Below are positions 20,877 to 33,935 of a stretch of 64,000 nucleotides of DNA, piece by piece; the first letter of the stretch is position 1, and every line of letters starts with the position of its first letter. The position numbers were made by a program, and so were the translations under genes. The notes beneath the pieces were generated by a model that was given only the letters and a program-made list of their open reading frames with translations, searched no databases and was not told the origin of the DNA. The stretch spans positions 124,001 to 188,000 of IMG/VR virus record IMGVR_UViG_3300023199_000204; one strand, given 5' to 3'.

Positions 20877-21945
20877 TTGTAAATCGCCTCTAATAACTGA
20901 AAATAATATTAAAACACCAGATAATATAAATATTAATGATGAATTATTAACTTATAAAAATGGAAGAGTTTTAAAATCAAAAGTAGTAAACATTTATAAA
21001 GAAAAATTAGAAGCAATAGAATGCTTATATTATGGAAAAAACTTATGTTGGTCTACTTTTAATAGTAAATGGATTTCTGTTGATGAGAGAAGACCAAGAA
21101 ATGAAAATAAAAAACTAATACAAAATATTAAAAATCATAGAAAATTAAAGCGAGCCCCATTCTTTAAAAGTAATTTAGGTAGTGTGGATGAGCCACACTC
21201 TTATGCCATTGGAGCTTTATTAGGAGATGGATGTAGTATTAATGGTAAAAATAAAATTTACATTTCTTCAAAAAACTCTATTATACCAAATAAAACAACT
21301 AGAGTAATTTCAGCAAAATATTGTTATAAACTTAAAGGGAATAATTATACTTATTGTATAAGTAACGAGCCAAAATATACTAATCCACACAAAACTACAA
21401 AAGTAAAATGTCATTTTTATAATAATTGGATCGAGGATAGATATGCTCACCAAAAAATAATAGATATTAACAAAATTAAGAAGTGGAATAGATTATCTTG
21501 TATAAAGCTGTTAGCAGGATTATTAGATACAGATGGATCCGTATCTATTAATAATAATAGATTAACTATTTCTTGGGGAATGCAAGCAAAAGAAGTTATT
21601 AAATGTATTAAATATTTAATATTATCTCTTTGGTACTTCAGTCCTTCTATTTATACTAGCAAAAGAGATAAATATAAAAATGGACCATTATATGTTATTT
21701 CAATAAGAAATAATAGAATATCAAAAATGATGTTAAAAGAAATGAATAAAGAATTAGTTTGTGATAGAAAGAAGTATAAAAGCTTTTACAATAATATTAA
21801 AACACCAGGCACTTCTGATTTATTTTTAACAGTTAGATTAGGTAAGAAAGAAATTAGAGATATGTATAATATTTTTATTAATAATCCTATTATATTGGCT
21901 AATAATAGGGTAGTTTGTGGATTTGAGGAGTTAAATGAAGAATAA
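20857..21945 (+). mobile_element. Free-standing intein-derived LAGLIDADG homing endonuclease with degenerate splicing motifs
   Basis: IGALLGDG and LAGLLDTDG motifs; Hint-like N- and C-terminal blocks lacking the block-B His and terminal HN; no exteins. Confidence 0.7.
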
Positions 21946-22585
21946 AAAAGGATTATTTATTACTATCGAAGGAGGCGAAGGTAGTGGAAAGACGACTCAG
22001 TCTAAATTACTTTCGAAGTGGATGGAAAGTAATAATATAAAGCATTTTTTAACCAAAGAGCCAGGGACAGAATATCTTGATGAATGTATTAAAATTCGCA
22101 AATTATTACTTGATACAAAAAGTGATTTAAACTACAAGTCTGAATTATTATTATTTTTAGCAGACCGAGCACAACACGTTCATAAATTCATATTGCCAAA
22201 GCTAGAGCAAGGAATTCATATTATATGTGATAGATACTCTGATTCAACTAGAGTTATACAAAGTGCTAGGGGTTTAAGTAGAACTAAAATTAATTCTTTA
22301 ATAGAGTTTTCCACTTCAGAATTAAATCCAGATATAACATTTATTTTGGATATGCCAGTTGAAACGGGATTGAAAAGAGCAAAAGCAATAAGTATATATG
22401 AAGACGGAGATAGAATGGAGTCTGAAAGCCCAAGATTTCATGAAAATATTAGGCAGGGGTTTTTAAAACTAGCTGAAAGTATGGATGACAGGTATTATTT
22501 AATAAATGTCGCACCGCCTGCGACCTCTGAAGAAATACACGAAAAGGTTGTGGAACAGGTTAAAAAGAAATTATGGGAAGTGTAG
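21935..22585 (+). CDS. tmk: Thymidylate kinase
   Basis: FITIEGGEGSGKTTQ, TKEPG, ELLLFLADRAQH, ICDRY. Confidence 0.95.
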   Translation: MKNKKGLFITIEGGEGSGKTTQSKLLSKWMESNNIKHFLTKEPGTEYLDECIKIRKLLLDTKSDLNYKSELLLFLADRAQHVHKFILPKLEQGIHIICDRYSDSTRVIQSARGLSRTKINSLIEFSTSELNPDITFILDMPVETGLKRAKAISIYEDGDRMESESPRFHENIRQGFLKLAESMDDRYYLINVAPPATSEEIHEKVVEQVKKKLWEV

Positions 22586-22592
22586 GTGTAGT

Positions 22593-23618
22593 ATGAATAC
22601 TTGTATAGTTATTTGTGGAAAAAAAGTTGATATAGGGACAAAAGTTATTTTGTGGAATGATCCAGATGGGCTTAACGCTTATGGTAGATCAAAAAATGTT
22701 TATTATATTGAAGATAGAAAAACTGGCAAGAAGAAAAAAGAAGTGGTTTCGGGAGCAAGATTTAATTCACGAAGCAAAATAAGTAGCCAGCCTAGTTTAA
22801 ACAAAATTCGAAATATAGTTACGCAATTTTTCTTACATCACTCAGGCTTATATAGAGCAAAAGATACATTTAATGTTCTTCATAATCAAAGAGGAATATC
22901 TTGTCATTTTATACTCGATGATGATGGAACTATTTATCAGACTTTAGATATGAGAGAAAGAGCTTGGCACGCAGGCTTAAATAACACCATAGCTGTTGGA
23001 GTTGAGATTGATTCAAGAGCATACGCAAAATCATTGCCAAAGGCATATGACAAATTTCATCAAAAAAGATTTGGAGTTATGCCGAGAAATAAGAGATTAG
23101 ATAGAGTTAATGGCGATAATATACTGGGATACGAATATAATGATGCTCAGTATAATGCCTTGATTAATTTAGGAATAGGAGTGAAGGATATTTTTCCAAG
23201 GTTATGGGAAAGTCCAAATAAATATTTAATTGATTTTCCAAGAGACCAGAATGGAGATATTATTAAATCGAAGTTAAGTAATCCTACGAAGCATATAGGT
23301 TTTATTTGTCATTATAATTCAAGCAGCAGCAAAAGAGACCCAATCGCTTTTGATCACGACAGATTTTTAAGAGGTGTTTTTGAAGACAATCCAAATCAAA
23401 AGTCAACTTTTGTTGATTTAAGCGACTGGGAAAAGAGACAAAAGGCTCTTAAAAAGTTAAATTTTGATCCTGGAGTAATTGATGGTATTTTTGGATTAAA
23501 TACAAAAAAAGCCATTATAGCTTTTCAGAAGAAATATGGACTTGTTGCTGATGGAGTTTGGGGCTACAATACACAGAGTGCTATAGAGAAGGCACTAAAG
23601 GGCAATAATGAAGATTAA
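22593..23618 (+). CDS. N-acetylmuramoyl-L-alanine amidase with C-terminal peptidoglycan-binding domain (endolysin-like)
   Basis: FLHHSG, SCHF, AWHAG, GVEI; PGVIDGIFG...AFQKKYGLVADGVWG. Confidence 0.87.
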   Translation: MNTCIVICGKKVDIGTKVILWNDPDGLNAYGRSKNVYYIEDRKTGKKKKEVVSGARFNSRSKISSQPSLNKIRNIVTQFFLHHSGLYRAKDTFNVLHNQRGISCHFILDDDGTIYQTLDMRERAWHAGLNNTIAVGVEIDSRAYAKSLPKAYDKFHQKRFGVMPRNKRLDRVNGDNILGYEYNDAQYNALINLGIGVKDIFPRLWESPNKYLIDFPRDQNGDIIKSKLSNPTKHIGFICHYNSSSSKRDPIAFDHDRFLRGVFEDNPNQKSTFVDLSDWEKRQKALKKLNFDPGVIDGIFGLNTKKAIIAFQKKYGLVADGVWGYNTQSAIEKALKGNNED

Positions 23619-24385
23619 AGTAATAAATACACATTATATTTTTAAAAATATGAGTTATAAAGAGTATAATATTATATGTAATATAATGAGTTGGAACTAT
23701 TAAAAACCATCTTTTGCGAGTTAATCAAATTATGACGCGTTTATAGATAAAGAAGTGAATTCGTGTAGAGTATGTCAAAAGTGATATATTGATAAAGAAA
23801 CAACAAAGGAGTGTTGAAATGAAAGTTATAAATAGCAAAAAAGGTAAAAGCTCATTTACTATAAGTTCGGACGAAATGATTTTGGATTTTCTTGAAAATA
23901 TAAGAGTTTCTTGTGAAGTTCCCAAAGACAAAATTTATGTAATAAGTGAGCCTATTGTGATAAAAGGAAAGGGTAAAATTAAATGAAATTAATAAATAGT
24001 AGCTCCTCCGTTAAAGTAACTGCTAAAATAAGACCTACAACTATAATATTTAATAATGGAGAATGGACTTCAACTAACAATTACACTCTGTTTAATGATG
24101 ACTTTATAATAGAGTATATTTATAAAACAAATTGGACTGTTGATAATAAAGGGGAAGAAAATGGCTAAAATGATTAATTCAAATAAAAACACGATTACTA
24201 TATCTCTTAAAACGCTCATAGAGACTGTTGTGGAAAATATAAGGACAAATTATTCAAGAAGTTTATTTGAGCTTGAGGAAATAATTAAAATCAACGGCAC
24301 TGAGGAGTTAAAAAATCCTTGTAATGAGGTCACGGGTATAGAGCCAATATTCACAAAAAAGATTAAAAACTGTGAGAGTATTTAA
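23608..24385 (+). other. Four small ORFs (23608-23703, 23819-23986, 23983-24168, 24161-24385) with the K-x-IN(S/T) N-terminus
   Basis: Starts MKIKVINT, MKVINS, MKLINS, MAKMINS. Confidence 0.7.
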
Positions 24386-25230
24386 TGAAAGAAATTAAAG
24401 TCTTAGAGAAAGGCTTTGTAAAATTGGTTGATTATATGGGTGATGACAGTTCAATAGTACAAGCCGCACGAGTGAGTTATGGAGAAGGAACTAAAACTAT
24501 AAGAGAAGATAGAGATTTAATAAGATACTTAATGCGTAATAAGCATTCTTCACCTATGGAAATGGTAGAATTTAAATTTCATATTAAATGTCCAATATAT
24601 GTTTTTAGGCAAATTATTCGGCATAGAACATTTTCAACAAATGAAATCAGCCTTAGATATTCAATAGTTAAAGATGAATTTGATTTAACTCTAGAAAATG
24701 AGTGGCGAGTTCAATCAAAAAATAACAAACAGGGCAGTGAGGGACTAATAAGTAAAGAACTAGGTATAAGTTTTACTGATAAAGAAAAATATATAGCCAA
24801 TAATGCTAAATCAGCATATGATAAAATGATCGTTAATGAAGTAGCGAGAGAGCAGGCTAGAAAAGTTCTTCCAGTATCTTTATATACTGAAGCCTATTGG
24901 AAGGGAAATTTACATAATTTATTTCATTTTCTTGGGTTAAGACTAGATTCGCACGCACAACAGGAAACTAGAGAATATGCTGAAGCTTTATTTAATTTAA
25001 TAAAACCAATAGTTCCCATTTCCTGTGAAGCTTTTGAAGATTATAGATTAAATGCTGTTCAGTTCTCTTCTAGAGAATTGAAATTAATACAAAAAGCCCT
25101 AAAAGAAGGCATGATTCCAGATAGAAAATGGATTAAGGAAAACGCAAATGGCAAACATCCAGAATTAGAATTAAGCCAAAGGGAGAGGAGAGAATTTCGG
25201 ATTAAACTTAATCGAAATGTCGATAATTAA
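24385..25230 (+). CDS. thyX: Flavin-dependent thymidylate synthase
   Basis: IVQAARVSY, HSSPME, RQIIRHR, NEISLRY, AREQARKVLP, AQQETR. Confidence 0.95.
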   Translation: MKEIKVLEKGFVKLVDYMGDDSSIVQAARVSYGEGTKTIREDRDLIRYLMRNKHSSPMEMVEFKFHIKCPIYVFRQIIRHRTFSTNEISLRYSIVKDEFDLTLENEWRVQSKNNKQGSEGLISKELGISFTDKEKYIANNAKSAYDKMIVNEVAREQARKVLPVSLYTEAYWKGNLHNLFHFLGLRLDSHAQQETREYAEALFNLIKPIVPISCEAFEDYRLNAVQFSSRELKLIQKALKEGMIPDRKWIKENANGKHPELELSQRERREFRIKLNRNVDN

Positions 25231-25245
25231 GATTTTCCGAAATAC

Positions 25246-25730
25246 ATGATAATGATGCCAATTGATGAAATCAAAGAATATAGGAACTTAAATATTGGAG
25301 ATCTGGTCAGAATAAAAGATAGATTTATTCCACCTGTTCTTGAGGGTTTAAAACCAGTTTCTATGGAAATAGTTAAATATATTAGAGATAATGGAAATAT
25401 ATTTACTATATGTAGAATACTTCCATATAAATCTCCAATATTTAAGTTATATGAGGTTATGTCAGTTGTTGATTATAGGCATTTAAGTCCATTTAGACAA
25501 AATGGAAGTATAAGGATTTTTAATTGGAAAAGAATAACTTAGAGTTTGTATTTAGAGATAATAGTAAAATAAAGTTTTTAATAGAAGATAATAAACTATC
25601 TATAGTTCTTCAAGCAAAAAATTTAGGTTCAGAAAATAAAATAACATCATCTAGCGTAGAGCTTAATGAACAAGAGTTCATTGAGCTAGTAAACTGGCTA
25701 GGAGAAAATTTACTTAAAGGAAACGATTAG
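25246..25730 (+). other. Two small hypothetical ORFs (25246-25542, 25524-25730)
   Basis: Coupled open frames. Confidence 0.65.
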
Positions 25731-25731
25731 A

Positions 25732-26379
25732 GTGGGTCAAATTACCAAAGAACATCTTACAGAATTAGAGCAGACTATAAAAACATATGCTCCAAAATTT
25801 GAAGTAAAGTTTAAAGATGAAAGTAAACTAATGAAGGTAATAGGAAAGCTTTCATTTTTTAATAAAGACTTTATGACCAGCGGGGCAATAACCGTTGGGC
25901 AGAAAGTATATTTCCCCTCACGTGAGATTTATGAGACGAACCCAGAATGGTCTTTTAGGGTTTTAACTCACGAATTTGTCCATATAATGGACTGGTTAGC
26001 TAACCCCTTCACATTCATAATTGGTTATTGGTTCCCTCAAATGCTAGCAGCGTTCTCGTTGCTGGCATTTTTAGCTTTTATCAATCCGTATTTTCTATTG
26101 TTCTTGACATCTCTTGTATTTTTGGCTCCAATCCCTGCCCCAATAAGGGCTTGGGCGGAGCTGAGAGGCTATGGAATGAGTTTAATGATAAAATCAACTC
26201 TATACGGCATTGATATTAAAGTCGCAGCAGAGAGCTATGTGGGGCGTTTCAGCAGCCCTTCTTATTGGTTTATGTGGCCATTTAAAAATAATGTAAGAAA
26301 AATGCTCGTAAAGTTTGCTATGAGCAAAGATCGTCCATTTGTAATCGTAAGAGGCTTAATGGAGAAGCTTTCTTTATGA
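25732..26379 (+). CDS. Putative membrane-anchored HExxH zinc peptidase
   Basis: THEFVH, hydrophobic segment, downstream AELRGY candidate third ligand. Confidence 0.55.
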   Translation: MGQITKEHLTELEQTIKTYAPKFEVKFKDESKLMKVIGKLSFFNKDFMTSGAITVGQKVYFPSREIYETNPEWSFRVLTHEFVHIMDWLANPFTFIIGYWFPQMLAAFSLLAFLAFINPYFLLFLTSLVFLAPIPAPIRAWAELRGYGMSLMIKSTLYGIDIKVAAESYVGRFSSPSYWFMWPFKNNVRKMLVKFAMSKDRPFVIVRGLMEKLSL

Positions 26380-27455
26380 AATATGATGTGATAATTATAG
26401 GTGCTGGACCAGCGGGTGTCTCTGCTAGCTATAAACTTTCCAATAAATTAAGCACTCTTATAATAGATGAAGGTAAAGGTATTAGTAGAAAAAGAAATTT
26501 AACTTCTGGTTGGTTTGGAAGAGGGCTGTTTGGGGTAAATAGACTTGAGCTTAATGATATTAAACTTAATAATGATAAAGAGTGTAATTATATTTTAGAA
26601 GAGCTTAAAAATGTCGCTCGACCCAGCAAACCAATAATAAAAAAGAAATTTTGTTCTTTTCCATTACTTGCTGGTCCAGCTATTGCTAATTTCTATTTAA
26701 ATAAAATAGGCAAAACTGCTGATATATTATTTAATACTAAAGTTTATAATATAAGAAAAGAAAATGATTTATTTATAGTAACTACAAGTAAAAAGGAATA
26801 TGTTGGTAAAAAGTGTATAATTGCTACTGGAAGTAATTCGTTAGTGTGGTCAAAGAAAATATGTAAATCCGCAGGGATATATAGCAAAACTCCAACTATC
26901 AAGGTAGGAGTTAGAGTAGAAATACCCACAAGGATTTTAAACTGTCTTACAGATGACCATAATGTAAATTATAGTGACATAAGACCAAATGCTTTTGTTG
27001 GAGAGTGGGAAGATTCAAGATTTGTCTCAGCCTTTTCTCACGGGCTCCCAGAAGAAAGATCCGAAAAAACTAATTTTACAATAGGTAAAAACTATGAAGA
27101 AACTAATAGTATAATAAGAACTATCAAGATAGTTAATGTTTTAGCTAATGATAAAATTAAAAGAGAAAAGGTATATAATTATCTTTCAGGAAACTCAATA
27201 CTAAAGCACATAGGTCTGTTTAGCAATTTAAAAGAAACTTTTTTGAAAATAGATGAAGAAATTTCAAACTTTATAGATTTTGCTTTTATGTATATTCCAG
27301 AATTAAAATATAGTGGGATAATTAAAGTAGATGAAAAGATGAAAACTAATATAGATGGGTTATATTGTATTGGTGAGGCTTCTATAAAAGCTGAGACAAT
27401 TATTGGCGCTATGGCATCAGGTCGTATCGCCGCTAAAGGAATTTTAGGAGAGTAA
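26376..27455 (+). CDS. FAD/NAD(P)-dependent oxidoreductase
   Basis: IIIGAGPAG dinucleotide motif, IIATG, TNIDGLYCIGE...AMASG. Confidence 0.8.
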   Translation: MKYDVIIIGAGPAGVSASYKLSNKLSTLIIDEGKGISRKRNLTSGWFGRGLFGVNRLELNDIKLNNDKECNYILEELKNVARPSKPIIKKKFCSFPLLAGPAIANFYLNKIGKTADILFNTKVYNIRKENDLFIVTTSKKEYVGKKCIIATGSNSLVWSKKICKSAGIYSKTPTIKVGVRVEIPTRILNCLTDDHNVNYSDIRPNAFVGEWEDSRFVSAFSHGLPEERSEKTNFTIGKNYEETNSIIRTIKIVNVLANDKIKREKVYNYLSGNSILKHIGLFSNLKETFLKIDEEISNFIDFAFMYIPELKYSGIIKVDEKMKTNIDGLYCIGEASIKAETIIGAMASGRIAAKGILGE

Positions 27456-27458
27456 TAA

Positions 27459-30400
27459 ATGACAAAGAAAAAAATAACAAGTAAAAAGAAAACAAGTGCT
27501 GTTAAAAAACCAAATTTGGTTGAGCAGTATTTGAAAAAAAATAAGTCTAAGTTAATGGAAAACGAGAGCATTTTGGATGTAGGACCAGGTGAAGATGGAA
27601 AGATTGTTGTATTAACATCTGATCCAAATCTAGAACTCAAAGAAGTAAAGGGCGTAGAATTTAATATATTATTTGCTGGAAATCAGAAATTAGAGGAAAT
27701 TAGGGCTAAATATAATTTAGTAGCGAACCCACTTGTGGAAACTCACAAAGCATCAGAAGCCATAAATCCCAACTCTGAATCAGCAAATATAGAAGAATAT
27801 AAAGCCTGGAAAAAAAGACACTCAAGGAGTTAAAATGGATTTTGTAACACTGTTAAACAGAGGGCATAAGTCTTATATTGAAAAGTATCTAAAACCTAGA
27901 AAAAATGGCACGTGCGATGATTGTGAATGTTATGCGTTGCTAATATCTACATTTTTAGATTCTGATATATGGAATTTGTGCGAAAAATGCTACTCGGAAG
28001 TTATAAAGGAGTATGAATTCTAGGTGAAAAAAATGAAACTGGTAAATAGTAATAATAGAGAAGAAACATTAAATTTGATAGACCAGATATTGGAAGATTA
28101 CAACGATGTTGGTGATTTTTTTGATTTAAATCTGGAAGACATAAGAGAGCCGTGTTGGCAAATTAAAATAGATAGGAAAGAAGATTTAATAAGGTTTTTA
28201 ATAGATTTAAAAGAAATAACAAATTTTCCTTTGCCCGAAGTTGATATAAATTCTGAATTTTTATATTTGGCAATGAAATTATTTAAAACAAAAGACCTTG
28301 TTAAGCTTGAAGATTTTTTAAAGTCTGGAAGTTATGAAACGTTATAATAGAAGATTATTATTTTTAATTATAACTATAGCAGCCGTGGCAATTGGCGGAT
28401 CGGTATTTCATTATCATTTTAGGCAGAATAATAAGTCTTTTTGTAAGCTTAGCGAATATAAAAGATTTAAAAGATGTCCTTGGATTAGAAGAACTTTGAT
28501 TTTTAATAAAACTTCTTGGGCTGTGGAATATTATTGTAATCGCAATGAAGCGTTTTTTCAAATTTTTAATCCTACCCTATCTGTTAAAAATTATGTAGCA
28601 AAAAGATTTGTTCGGCTTTCTTTAAGTGGTTTTAAGGTTAATAAAGAATGTCAATCCAAAAAACAAATTACCTATCACTTAATAAGATGAATCCGTTTTC
28701 TCAATTCCCAAAATTATTAGAAATGTTGGTAAATAAAATATCCGAGATTTCTCCAGAAAATGAAAGCGAAAGTGCTAAAAAAGCAAGGAAAAAGTTGCTT
28801 AAAAATTTAGAAAATGTTAATCAAACTTTGATTAATATCTCTGATAATAATGAAGAGCTGCCATTTACCAATGAACAAATAGAAGCATTGGCTAAAATAA
28901 GGCTAGAAACAAAAGATATAGAAGAAATGGTAAGAAAAATTACTAATTTTAAGGAGAAGATTAATGAAACTGATAAATAGCAATTCATTAACTCAAATGA
29001 AGGCTTTCGAAGAAATGGTAGAACAACTATCGTTTGAATTCGATTCAGATTGTAATTTTGTTAACAATTTGGAGTTTTCAGATGAAGATGTAGAAATGAT
29101 GCTTAGTTTACTTGACGAATGGGATAGTGTTCAAAAAGATAGTAAAGTGATAGATTATTCAAAAAATCAAGAAGAATTTATGTTTTATATCCCTGAACCA
29201 TTGGGAGATGAAACTACTGAAAAACATTCAAAAAATCTCAAATTTAGAGATGTAACTACGACTTTCACTTTTTAAGTCTCTGCTAATATTTTTACATCAA
29301 GATTATGAGTAATATCAGCAAAATTGCCCAAGATTTATACTATGCTATGATCACTTCTGGTATGGTTAAACAGGCTATTAAATTAAAAGAAACAGTAGCA
29401 GAGGTTAATTCCTCATTGGATTCCTATATTGATTCCACTATCTATCAAATGATAGAAGATTTAGAACATCACGGCAGAGATGAGGTGGTTAAATCTATTA
29501 AAAAGGCGGCAGAAAGCCTATGAAAATAATATGTATTAATTCGAATGATAGGGTAAAAACCCTTTGTAGTGACTATACTTTAACTATTTTAAATAGCACA
29601 CCGTATAATGATTCATTGGATTTTATTCGTTATGAACATACTGGGGATTATTATACTACAACATCAACGGCACCAGATGATTGGATATATTTTCCATCAA
29701 ATTTGGCATATGACAGCACCACAACAGGAGCTAATAACGATGAATAGGAAACTGAAATACTGGCTAGAGACTAAAGGCAGAAGGCTCATAGAGCTTAAAC
29801 TGGCGGGATGTAGCGAGTATTTCGCCAAGGTAAGGGATATTGGCAAAATGGAAACAATTTCTGCCGAAGAGTGGGTTGAATTTATCGCACTCACAGGGGA
29901 AATGGATGCCTTGCTTTGGGTCCTTCAACCTAAGTCTTCTGAGAGAAAAGAAAAATTTAAAACCGAAGTTAAAAACTTTCTAATCAAGATTGAAAGCCAA
30001 ATTTTGGAAATTAATGAAATAACAGGTCAGGCTTTGCTTCCAAAAGGTGAGGCGTGACACGGCTGATTAACTCTGGTGTTGAATTATGTGTAAGAACTTC
30101 AAAAGGGGACCTCATCGTGAGGTTCCCTTCTTGCGTTAGGTTTATGTATTATAGAATATTTAAAAAATCAGGTATGTATATAGCAAAAGAGCAAATGGAC
30201 CCAGATCTAGAGTTTGTTTGCTCTGTTAAAATTCCACAGGATATAGTCATAAAATGAAATCAAAAATAATATCTATTCTTAAAGATGTTTCCTCCTATTA
30301 TTCAAAATTCTCATCAAAAGAAAAGAAAATAAGAATTATATTTGAATGTCTAAATTGTAAGACAACTTACGATATGACAACTATTTATAAAGATAAATAT

Positions 30401-33400
30401 ACTCTAACTTGCGTTTGTGGCACGGAGCTTGAAAGTGAAAATGAAAAAAAATGAATCAAATAGTAAATGCGAAATGAGAGCTTATGTTGTGAGTTGGAAC
30501 AGAAATTATAACTTTAGCCCATATGATATTTTTTGTAACCCTCCAAATTCCCCCACTGTTTATGATGGGTTCAACCTTGAAGTAAAATATAAGTGCCCAT
30601 ATTGCTCTGCTTTATGGACAGTTGAATTTAATTACTATCATAATAGTTTTAAAACAGTATGTATGTATAAAACCCCTCTTATTGTATCTATAGAAAAATA
30701 CGTTTAATGAAAATAAAAGCAATAAATTCAAATGCCCCACCATATCAACTCATATCAAAGATAATTGAAAAAATAGAATATCGTTGGAATAATTCTCTTA
30801 GTTTGGAATTATCTAATAGATACTTGTATCTAGAAAGACTTTTAAACCGATTACAGACAAAAAGAAGAATTTATAGATGGCACTATTCTATGGATAGAAA
30901 AGTTCTCGCAATAATTCCATACCTTACATCTAAAATTTTCTATATTATTTTGAGGTTCTAAATATGAAAATGTTAAATTTCAGTCAAAATGAAAAGTGGG
31001 CTAAATACATAAAAGAAAAGCTAAAAAATATGTCCAGTTGTCCAGGAATGAATGAACTTGCGTCCCTAACAGCGGATTTGATTATAAAAGCAGATGGGAA
31101 AGTGATATTTATAACATATTCTTTAAAAGAAATTAATATCCATTTTTCAAATGGAATGAAAAAAAGGATAAAGATTTGAAAATATGTAAAGTAAATACAA
31201 ATACTTATGAAATAAACTTTTTTAAAGACCATCCAGAGTGTGAAGCAGCCCGTAGGATTTTTAAAAATCTGTTGTCGTTCAAAAAAATAGTTAAAACAAC
31301 TTCAAATAACAAAATACTTTTTATTTATAAAAATATATATCTTTTTATAGGGTCAAATGGTGGCCGAATAGTAAGAATAGCACTTTATAATAAAGTCGAT
31401 GAAAACTGTTGTATAACTTCTATTTCCTGAGGAACTTAAATTTTCAGAAAATCTAGTAGAAATAATGAAATTTATTGAAAAATATGATATTAATTAACTC
31501 CTCCCATAAAATAATGTTATTACCCAAAAGTATTAGTTTGCCCAAAGGATATACGTATATAAAAGAACTTTGTATATATTGTTCAAAATTTTATTATCTT
31601 TATTATCCTGAAAAACCTGAAGCAGTAGATGTGTATGAAGTGTGCCCTCATTGTTATTGTATCATATATCATAACCAAATAAAGGAATATAAAATGTTAG
31701 TAATTAATACAATCCCAAAATTTATTAAAGATAATCCAGTTTTAGTGCCATTCTATAGACATTTTGTAAAATTTGACCCAGAAGTTGTTAAAGAAAATTT
31801 TACAGATAATTATCTGCTTATGAGATTCAAAAAACCAAAAAAGACGGCATACGTTGTTCTTCAGCCCAGGATAGTCCTGCCATTCTGTACCATAACAACA
31901 TATGATCAATCTGGATGCTGGGTTTCGGATTTCTATGATACGCTTTCTCTTCCAAAAATATGCTGATCTCTAAACTTGAAAGTAATAGGTTTTTTGAAAT
32001 TAAAATAGGAGAGGTAGATGTTGGATATCATATCAAAGTTTTTCTTAAAAAGAAAATCATCTTTTCTGTTGTTAAAAGATTGGAAGGCAAGTTCTATAAA
32101 ATAAAAATACCTTTTAATGAGACACCAGTAGAGTTCTCAGTAAATGTGTCCTATCCAGGATTTCTAACTTGGCAATCAAAACATTATATATATAATGGAT
32201 CAGGGTTTATTATTTACTTTGATAAATGTCCAGATCCACTATTATCGGAGTATAGATTATGATCATATCTACATTCTCAACTAATGTCGCTAAAATAATT
32301 ATATCTAACCTTAGAAAAAACGATAACTTACGGCTCCTGTCAGCAAGAGGATATAGAGAAGTAAGAAAAACAATGTCGGAGAAAGAAATATTCTATGTGC
32401 CCTTCTGCCATTATAAAATATCAATTAGCGTCTCAAATCCGTATATGTTCACATTTCAAAAACAGGTTCTTGTCGAAAGTAAAAGAATAGGTGTTCATAG
32501 GAGAGTTATAAGATGATAATATGTGGAATAAATTCAAATAAATCTCCTTTACAAATTGTTTATGAACAAATAATTAATACTTGCTTGGTGACCAAAAATG
32601 ACGTGGCTTATATATCTCGCCCAGATATAGAAGGAATAATAGTGTATTATAGAGAAAATTTCTATGCCAAAGTAAGATTGACTGCTTATGATAAAAAGGT
32701 AAAAGTTAATTCATTTACGGAAGCTAAAAATAAATTTGGAAATTGGATCCAATATAGAAAACAAATTTATCTTGAAGACCCATATGTTTTATATGATTTT
32801 AAAAGCTTGGGGCTAAAAACATTATCAAAATTAAAGTGCTAAATCCTTATTCTTTAATACAATAAATTCATCAAAAAACCAAACATCTCTTGAATTTAAA
32901 TAAAAACCTATTCATTTGATGCTGAATATATTCAAGAAGAGAGCAAATAAAGATAATTTTATTACCGAGACTTTTATCCAGATTAATCAGTTTTGTGTGG
33001 AATTTATAATTTCAAAGAAATAGAAAGTAAAACCCAATACCTATTACAGGTTCCTAAAAATAAAGGATTTATATGAAAGTTACATTAATTAATGCCAACG
33101 GCTATACAATCCAAATAAACCGCGTCACAATTGGTTCAAAAATTAAAATAATAGGTAAAAACTATAAATATCAGGGTTTTATAAATAAAAACCCTTTTAA
33201 AATCACAATGCCGCTCCCAAAATATACTCGTCTTAAAATAACCATATACGGTGCCAATAGATATATCTTTAAAAAAAGAATTTATCTTAAAGATATTGAA
33301 ATAATCAATACCGCGACATTTAGACCAATTTTAACCCTATAAATGAAAATTAAAGCAATAAATTCAACAACTTTAAAATCACTAGCAAATAAAATTATTG

Positions 33401-33935
33401 CTCACTTAAATATAGAAAATCCTCGTGTTTCTGAAAAATTAAAAAAGTTTGTAACCATAGCTTGGCGGCATAAAAATTATCACTGTTATATTGATTACGA
33501 TAGAGAAATAATAGCCCTCGCTATCATTGTGGTTTCATCAAAAGGTTATAATTTCATTTATAATGCCAAAACAAAGTTTTCCAGAGATATGAATAAATTA
33601 AATGATTTCAAGGAAATATTATGAAAATTAAAGCAATAAATTCAACTGATCTTAAATCAATAGCAATAAAGATCAAAAATTACCTTCAAATTAAAAATCC
33701 TGATATTTATGGACCAGAAGATAAAGACCCCTGTTATATCACAATTTATTGGCACAACACGAAATATAGGCTCTATATCGATGTTGAAAAACCATTGCCT
33801 TTGACAATATCGCTATCTATCTATAAAAAAAAAGGAAATCATAATATCAAGAATTTTCCATTCGTTCTCACAAAGAAATTAAATATGAATAAATTAAATG
33901 ATTTCAAGGAAATATTAAAAAATTATGAAGATTAA
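27459..33935 (+). other. Array of about 22 tightly packed small hypothetical ORFs (27459, 27835, 28033, 28334, 28687, 28964, 29305, 29520, 29740, 30054, 30254, 30417, 30707, 30964, 31176, 31475, 31960, 32259, 32513, 33073, 33343, 33621)
   Basis: Overlapping start/stop coupling; many start MK-x-INS; some have CxxC motifs. Confidence 0.7.
32821..33009 (+). pseudogene. Decayed paralog of the KIKVLNP family
   Basis: Frame IIKIKVLNPYSLIQ* continues through TAA and two TGA; no start codon. Confidence 0.45.
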
